From positions 1 through 52,629 of the forward strand of contig JAKDMQ010000001.1 in the NCBI GenBank assembly GCA_030452265.1: 52,629 nucleotides of DNA, read 5' to 3'. This document shows positions 48,456 to 52,629 of the stretch, one piece after another; the first letter of the stretch is position 1; every line of letters starts with the position of its first letter. The notes below the pieces were generated by a model, which worked only from the letters and a program-made list of their open reading frames with translations, had not been told where the DNA came from and ran no database searches. Position numbers and translations under genes: made by a program. The DNA is from Nitrococcus sp. GTDB lineage: Bacteria; Pseudomonadota; Gammaproteobacteria; Nitrococcales; Nitrococcaceae.

Positions 48456-49826
48456 ATGAGTCGTAAGCTCTACGTACAAACGCACGGCTGCCAGATGAAC
48501 GAATACGATTCCGCCAAGATGGCGGATGTGCTTGGCGCCGAGCGCGGGTTCGAGCGCGTGAGCTCGCCGCTGGATGCTGATCTCGTTCTGCTCAATACTT
48601 GCTCGATCCGTGAAAAGGCGCAGGAGAAAGTGTTCTCCGAGCTAGGCCGCTGGAAGCCGTTGAAGGAGAAAAATCCGGGTCTGGTGATTGGGGTGGGCGG
48701 CTGTGTCGCAAGCCAAGAAGGCGCGGCGATTATCGATCGCGCGCCCTTCGTCGATCTCGTTTTTGGTCCCCAAACCTTGCACAGGCTGCCCGAGATGTAC
48801 GATCGGGTAGTGAGCACGCGCCTGCCGGTCATCGATATCAGCTTTCCGGAGATCGAGAAATTCGATCGTTTGCCCGAGCCGCGGGCGGTTGGGCCAACGG
48901 CGTACGTCTCCGTCATGGAAGGCTGCAGCAAGTACTGCACGTTCTGCGTCGTGCCCTACACTCGCGGTGATGAAGTCAGCCGGCGCTTCGAGGACGTGCT
49001 CGCCGAGGTGGCGCAATTGGCCGAACAGGGCGTGCGCGAGGTAACGCTTCTAGGCCAGAACGTCAACGCCTATCTGGGCGAGTTGGATGACGGCACGGTC
49101 GCGGACTTCGCGTTGGTGATCCACTTCATAGCCGCGGTAGATGGAATCGATCGCATCCGCTTTACTACCTCGCATCCACTGAACTTCAATGCGGCGCTCA
49201 TCGAGGCCTATGCCGAGGTGCCGAAGCTGGTGAGCCAGCTGCATTTGCCGGTGCAGAGCGGTTCGGACAAGATTCTTCGGCTCATGAAGCGTAACCATAC
49301 TCGGGATTATTATCTCGAGCTCATCGAGCGGCTCAAGGCGGTGCGCCCGGACATCGCCATCTCCTCGGATTTCATCGTGGGCTTTCCCGGCGAGCTCGAG
49401 CGCGACTTCGAGGACACCCTGGCACTGGTCGAGCAGGTCGGCTTTGATCAGTCATTCAGCTTTATCTACAGCCGACGACCCGGTACGCCGGCAGCGCAGA
49501 TGCCCGATGCCACGGCGCTGGAGGTGAAAAAGCAACGTCTCTACCGCTTACAGGAGATTTTGAACCGCAACGCGCAGCGCATCAGCGAGGCTATGGTCGG
49601 CACTTTGCAGACGGTGCTGGTGGACGGTTTCTCAAAGAAGGCCAGTAGCGAAATGGCCGGGCGCACCGAGAATAACCGCGTTGTCAATTTCCCCGGCGAG
49701 CGCCGTCTGATCGGGCGCTTCGTGCGGGTCGAGATCACCCAGGCGCTGGCGCACTCTCTACGCGGCAGGCTGATCGCAATCGATGAACGACTCGAGCCCG
49801 AGTTCGGGACGACCACCAGCGCCTAA
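48456..49826 (+). CDS. miaB: tRNA-2-methylthio-N6-dimethylallyladenosine synthase
   Basis: GCQMNEYDS, radical [11 protein letters not shown] and a TRAM tail. Confidence 0.96.
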   Translation: MSRKLYVQTHGCQMNEYDSAKMADVLGAERGFERVSSPLDADLVLLNTCSIREKAQEKVFSELGRWKPLKEKNPGLVIGVGGCVASQEGAAIIDRAPFVDLVFGPQTLHRLPEMYDRVVSTRLPVIDISFPEIEKFDRLPEPRAVGPTAYVSVMEGCSKYCTFCVVPYTRGDEVSRRFEDVLAEVAQLAEQGVREVTLLGQNVNAYLGELDDGTVADFALVIHFIAAVDGIDRIRFTTSHPLNFNAALIEAYAEVPKLVSQLHLPVQSGSDKILRLMKRNHTRDYYLELIERLKAVRPDIAISSDFIVGFPGELERDFEDTLALVEQVGFDQSFSFIYSRRPGTPAAQMPDATALEVKKQRLYRLQEILNRNAQRISEAMVGTLQTVLVDGFSKKASSEMAGRTENNRVVNFPGERRLIGRFVRVEITQALAHSLRGRLIAIDERLEPEFGTTTSA

Positions 49827-50865
49827 GGCTTCAAGCGAGCAGGTCACGCCAGTCTTGTCCCAATCATCGGACGCCATCATGTTCACCCTCGAACCGCTGG
49901 ATAACGATCGCTTGGCGAATCTCTGCGGTCAATTCGACGAGCACCTGCGCCAAGTGGAGCGACAGCTCGGTGTCGAGATCAAAAACCGCGGGCATCGCTT
50001 TCGGGTCATCGGCGAAGATCAGTCGGCCTTGGAGGCCAGCCGTGTGCTTCAGGAGCTGTATCGCCTCTCGGGCAATGAATCCATCAGCGCGGAGAATGTG
50101 CATTTGTACTTGCAAAGCTCGGATGTAGAGACCCGAGTGCTTCGCTCGCGAGCCACTCGGGAGAATGACGAGGAAATCGTCATCGCAACCCGCAAGGGTC
50201 AGGTAAGGGGCCGCGGCCCCAATCAGCGCGCTTATTTGAGCAACATCATGACTCACGATCTTAGCTTCGGCATCGGTCCGGCCGGAACCGGCAAGACTTA
50301 TCTCGCCGTAGCGAGCGCCGTGGACGCTTTGGAGCACAATCTCGTCACGCGTCTGGTTCTAGTCAGGCCGGCCGTCGAAGCCGGCGAGCGCCTGGGCTTT
50401 CTGCCCGGCGACCTAGCGCAGAAGGTCGACCCCTATTTGCGCCCGCTCTACGACGCCTTGTTCGAAATGCTGGGGCTCGAGCGCGTGGGTAAGCTGATCG
50501 AGCGCAATGTCATCGAGGTGGCTCCACTTGCCTATATGCGTGGCCGGACCTTGAACAATGCCTTTGTCATTCTCGATGAGGCGCAAAACACCACGGTCGA
50601 GCAGATGAAGATGTTTCTCACCCGGATCGGCTTTGGGGCAACTGCCGTGGTCACCGGCGATATCACTCAGGTGGATTTGCCGGCGGGCAAGCTATCCGGC
50701 CTGCGCGACGCCATTGAGGTGCTCTGGAACATCGACGACGTGAGCTTCACCTTCTTTCACTCGGGCGATGTCATTCGCCATAAGCTGGTGCAGCGCATCG
50801 TACAGGCGTATGACAGCCGGGACCGGCGCGATGTTGGCAAGGACACAACCCGGCGGGAGGCCTAG
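49783..50865 (+). CDS. ybeZ: PhoH-like ATPase (YbeZ)
   Basis: [28 protein letters not shown] and DEAQN motifs. Start uncertain. Confidence 0.94.
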   Translation: MNDSSPSSGRPPAPKASSEQVTPVLSQSSDAIMFTLEPLDNDRLANLCGQFDEHLRQVERQLGVEIKNRGHRFRVIGEDQSALEASRVLQELYRLSGNESISAENVHLYLQSSDVETRVLRSRATRENDEEIVIATRKGQVRGRGPNQRAYLSNIMTHDLSFGIGPAGTGKTYLAVASAVDALEHNLVTRLVLVRPAVEAGERLGFLPGDLAQKVDPYLRPLYDALFEMLGLERVGKLIERNVIEVAPLAYMRGRTLNNAFVILDEAQNTTVEQMKMFLTRIGFGATAVVTGDITQVDLPAGKLSGLRDAIEVLWNIDDVSFTFFHSGDVIRHKLVQRIVQAYDSRDRRDVGKDTTRREA

Positions 50866-51024
50866 ATGCAAGTGGAGGAGCCTTATCCACGTGAGTCCGG
50901 CGGCGCAGCCGCCCATGGCTTCCGCGTGGAAATTGGCCTTGGCCCGTGTACGCCGATGCATAGTTATTTCGGTATCCAGCCGGGTCGGATTCGGCTGATT
51001 GCCTCGGCCAATCAGAATGCTTGA
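50866..51024 (+). CDS. Possible 52-aa small ORF bridging ybeZ and ybeY
   Basis: GGGAGG-CCTAG-ATG directly after the ybeZ stop; open until a TGA that overlaps the ybeY start region. Confidence 0.3.
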   Translation: MQVEEPYPRESGGAAAHGFRVEIGLGPCTPMHSYFGIQPGRIRLIASANQNA

Positions 51025-51487
51025 GATCGATCTTCAAGTGGCGGCCTGCGACCCTGATGTGCCGGAGCTCGAGCAGTTTGAATGCTGGGTCGCCGCGGCC
51101 CTGGCGGAGAGCCGGGATGCGGCTGAGATCGCCATTCGGGTGGTGGATGAGGAAGAGGGCACAGAGCTCAACGCAACCTATCGCGGGTATAGCCATGCTA
51201 CGAACGTTCTGGCGTTTCCGGCGCAGCTCCCTGAAGGGGTGGAGGCCGTGCACCTCGGGGATTTGGTCATCTGCGCGCCGCTGGTTGCTCGCGAGGCGGC
51301 CGAGCAAGGCAAGCCCTTAGCGGCGCATTGGGCTCATCTGGTAGTACACGGGGTGCTTCATCTGCTTGGCTACGATCATGAACGAGACGCAGCGGCTGCG
51401 CTGATGGAGTCGCGCGAGCGGGTGGTTCTTGCCACGCTGGGGATTCCAGACCCGTACCAAAATACGCAGGACGGGCTGATCCGTTAA
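51017..51487 (+). CDS. ybeY: rRNA maturation RNase YbeY
   Basis: TNVLAF, LGDLVIC and [11 protein letters not shown] motifs. Confidence 0.95.
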   Translation: MLEIDLQVAACDPDVPELEQFECWVAAALAESRDAAEIAIRVVDEEEGTELNATYRGYSHATNVLAFPAQLPEGVEAVHLGDLVICAPLVAREAAEQGKPLAAHWAHLVVHGVLHLLGYDHERDAAAALMESRERVVLATLGIPDPYQNTQDGLIR

Positions 51488-51581
51488 TTCATTGACCTGG
51501 AAGATGTCTTGCGAGGAGCGCGCAAGGTCAATCAATTAACGAATCAGCAGCAGCTTTCCGTGGCAACCGACCGTAACGCAT

Positions 51582-52475
51582 ATGAACGACGATCAATCTG
51601 ACAGTAGTAGCAGTACTAGCAATAACGTCAGCAGTCATAAATCGTGGCTGGGACGCTTGGGACAGGCCTTAGCCGGCGCGCCGAAGGATCGGGAGGAGCT
51701 CGTAGAGGTGCTCAGGCTCTCCCTTGAGCAGGGAATTTTGGATCAGAACCGGCTCTCGATGATCGAGGGGGTGCTGCGCGTCTCCGAGCTGCAGGCGCGC
51801 GACATCATAGTCGCGCGCTCTCAGGTCGCCGTGCTGCAGCGCTCCTGTAGCGTATGGGATCTGCTTCCCACCATAATCGAAACTGGGCACTCCCGCTTTC
51901 CGGTGACCGGCGAGAGCCGCGATGACGTCATCGGAATTCTAATCGCTAAAGATCTGTTGCCGTATCTGACGCGCGACGGTGAGCCGGAGTTCAACATCCG
52001 AAGCCTACTGCGCCCGGCATTGTTCATTCCAGAGAGCAAGCGCCTCGATGCGCTACTCAAGCTCTTCCAGGAAAGCCGTAACCATATGGCGATTGTGGTG
52101 GACGAGTACGGGGGGCTCGCGGGCATCGTCACCATCGAGGATGTGATCGAGCAGATCGTTGGCGAAATTGATGATGAGCACGACCTCGACGAAGAAGGTT
52201 ATATTCTCAATCGCCAAGAGGATGGCCGAACCGTAGTCAAGGCACTGGCACCGATTGCGGATTTCAACGACCATTTCAATACGGCTTTCAGCGATGAGGA
52301 GTTCGATACCATCGGCGGCTTGGTGGCCAATCGAATTGGGCATGTGCCACGCCGGGGGGAAGCTACGGATATTGGCGAGCTGCGCTTCGAGGTGGTCCGC
52401 GCCGATAGCCGGCGCATTCAGCTGCTTGCGGTGCAACGGCTCGAGGCCGCGGAAAGCGCCCGACAAGCTCAATAG
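51582..52475 (+). CDS. corC: CBS-domain Mg/Co transport protein CorC (YbeX)
   Basis: HSRFPV, HMAIVVDEYGG, TIED.IEQIVGEI.DE and EFDTIGG motifs. Confidence 0.94.
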   Translation: MNDDQSDSSSSTSNNVSSHKSWLGRLGQALAGAPKDREELVEVLRLSLEQGILDQNRLSMIEGVLRVSELQARDIIVARSQVAVLQRSCSVWDLLPTIIETGHSRFPVTGESRDDVIGILIAKDLLPYLTRDGEPEFNIRSLLRPALFIPESKRLDALLKLFQESRNHMAIVVDEYGGLAGIVTIEDVIEQIVGEIDDEHDLDEEGYILNRQEDGRTVVKALAPIADFNDHFNTAFSDEEFDTIGGLVANRIGHVPRRGEATDIGELRFEVVRADSRRIQLLAVQRLEAAESARQAQ

Positions 52476-52477
52476 AC

Positions 52478-52516
52478 TCTGTTGACATCCACCCGACGCC
52501 ATGGGTGGATCAGACC
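52478..52516. repeat. Partial, reverse-oriented copy of the TGTTGACAT palindrome family
   Basis: CTGTTGACATCCACCC-GACGCCAT-GGGTGGAT; the loop is the reverse complement of CA(C/T)GGCGTC. Confidence 0.55.
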
Positions 52517-52629
52517 TCAGCTCGTGATCGGGGCGTTTCAGCCGCTAAACGCCGCTATTTGTGTTTGCGCTCGACCGAGTATCAAGGCATGGATATCGTG
52601 TGTGCCCTCGTAGGTATTTACCGCCTCCA

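Overview
GC-rich gammaproteobacterial chromosome segment with three parts. (1) About 1-4.7 kb is a decaying accessory zone: a truncated LysR gene, an intact IS630 element (-1 frameshift at A8, CTAG ends), an SDR remnant, a GNAT remnant and a DUF4188 gene separated by a degenerate integron attC-like site, and a VOC/PhnB gene with an ECF42-like promoter followed by DGPF and DUF1428 remnants. (2) Core genes: ptrB, a PilZ-DUF1631-GGDEF-EAL protein, mobB, prfC, ycgN and fabA-fabB, then ypjD, ffh, rpsP-rimM-trmD-rplS, ald, serB, msrB, a solitary AHAS large subunit, manB-ugd-manC and miaB-phoH-ybeY-corC. (3) An accessory island at about 17.2-33.1 kb. It holds a DnaQ/epsilon paralogue lacking most catalytic residues next to a multi-zinc-finger protein, two paralogous small membrane proteins joined by a collapsed attC-like palindrome, a UDG-family gene, and a type I restriction-modification hotspot. 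In the hotspot an intact hsdM-hsdS-(Schlafen/AlbA_2)-hsdR operon is nested inside remnants of two older type I systems. Upstream is a tandem array of [cargo gene + hsdS 5' stub] units (REP-associated transposase remnant, Fic, a third eroded unit), which is the best candidate for an undescribed cassette-capture mechanism. No rRNA, tRNA or CRISPR array was seen. All protein calls come from motif recognition by eye; no database search was run.
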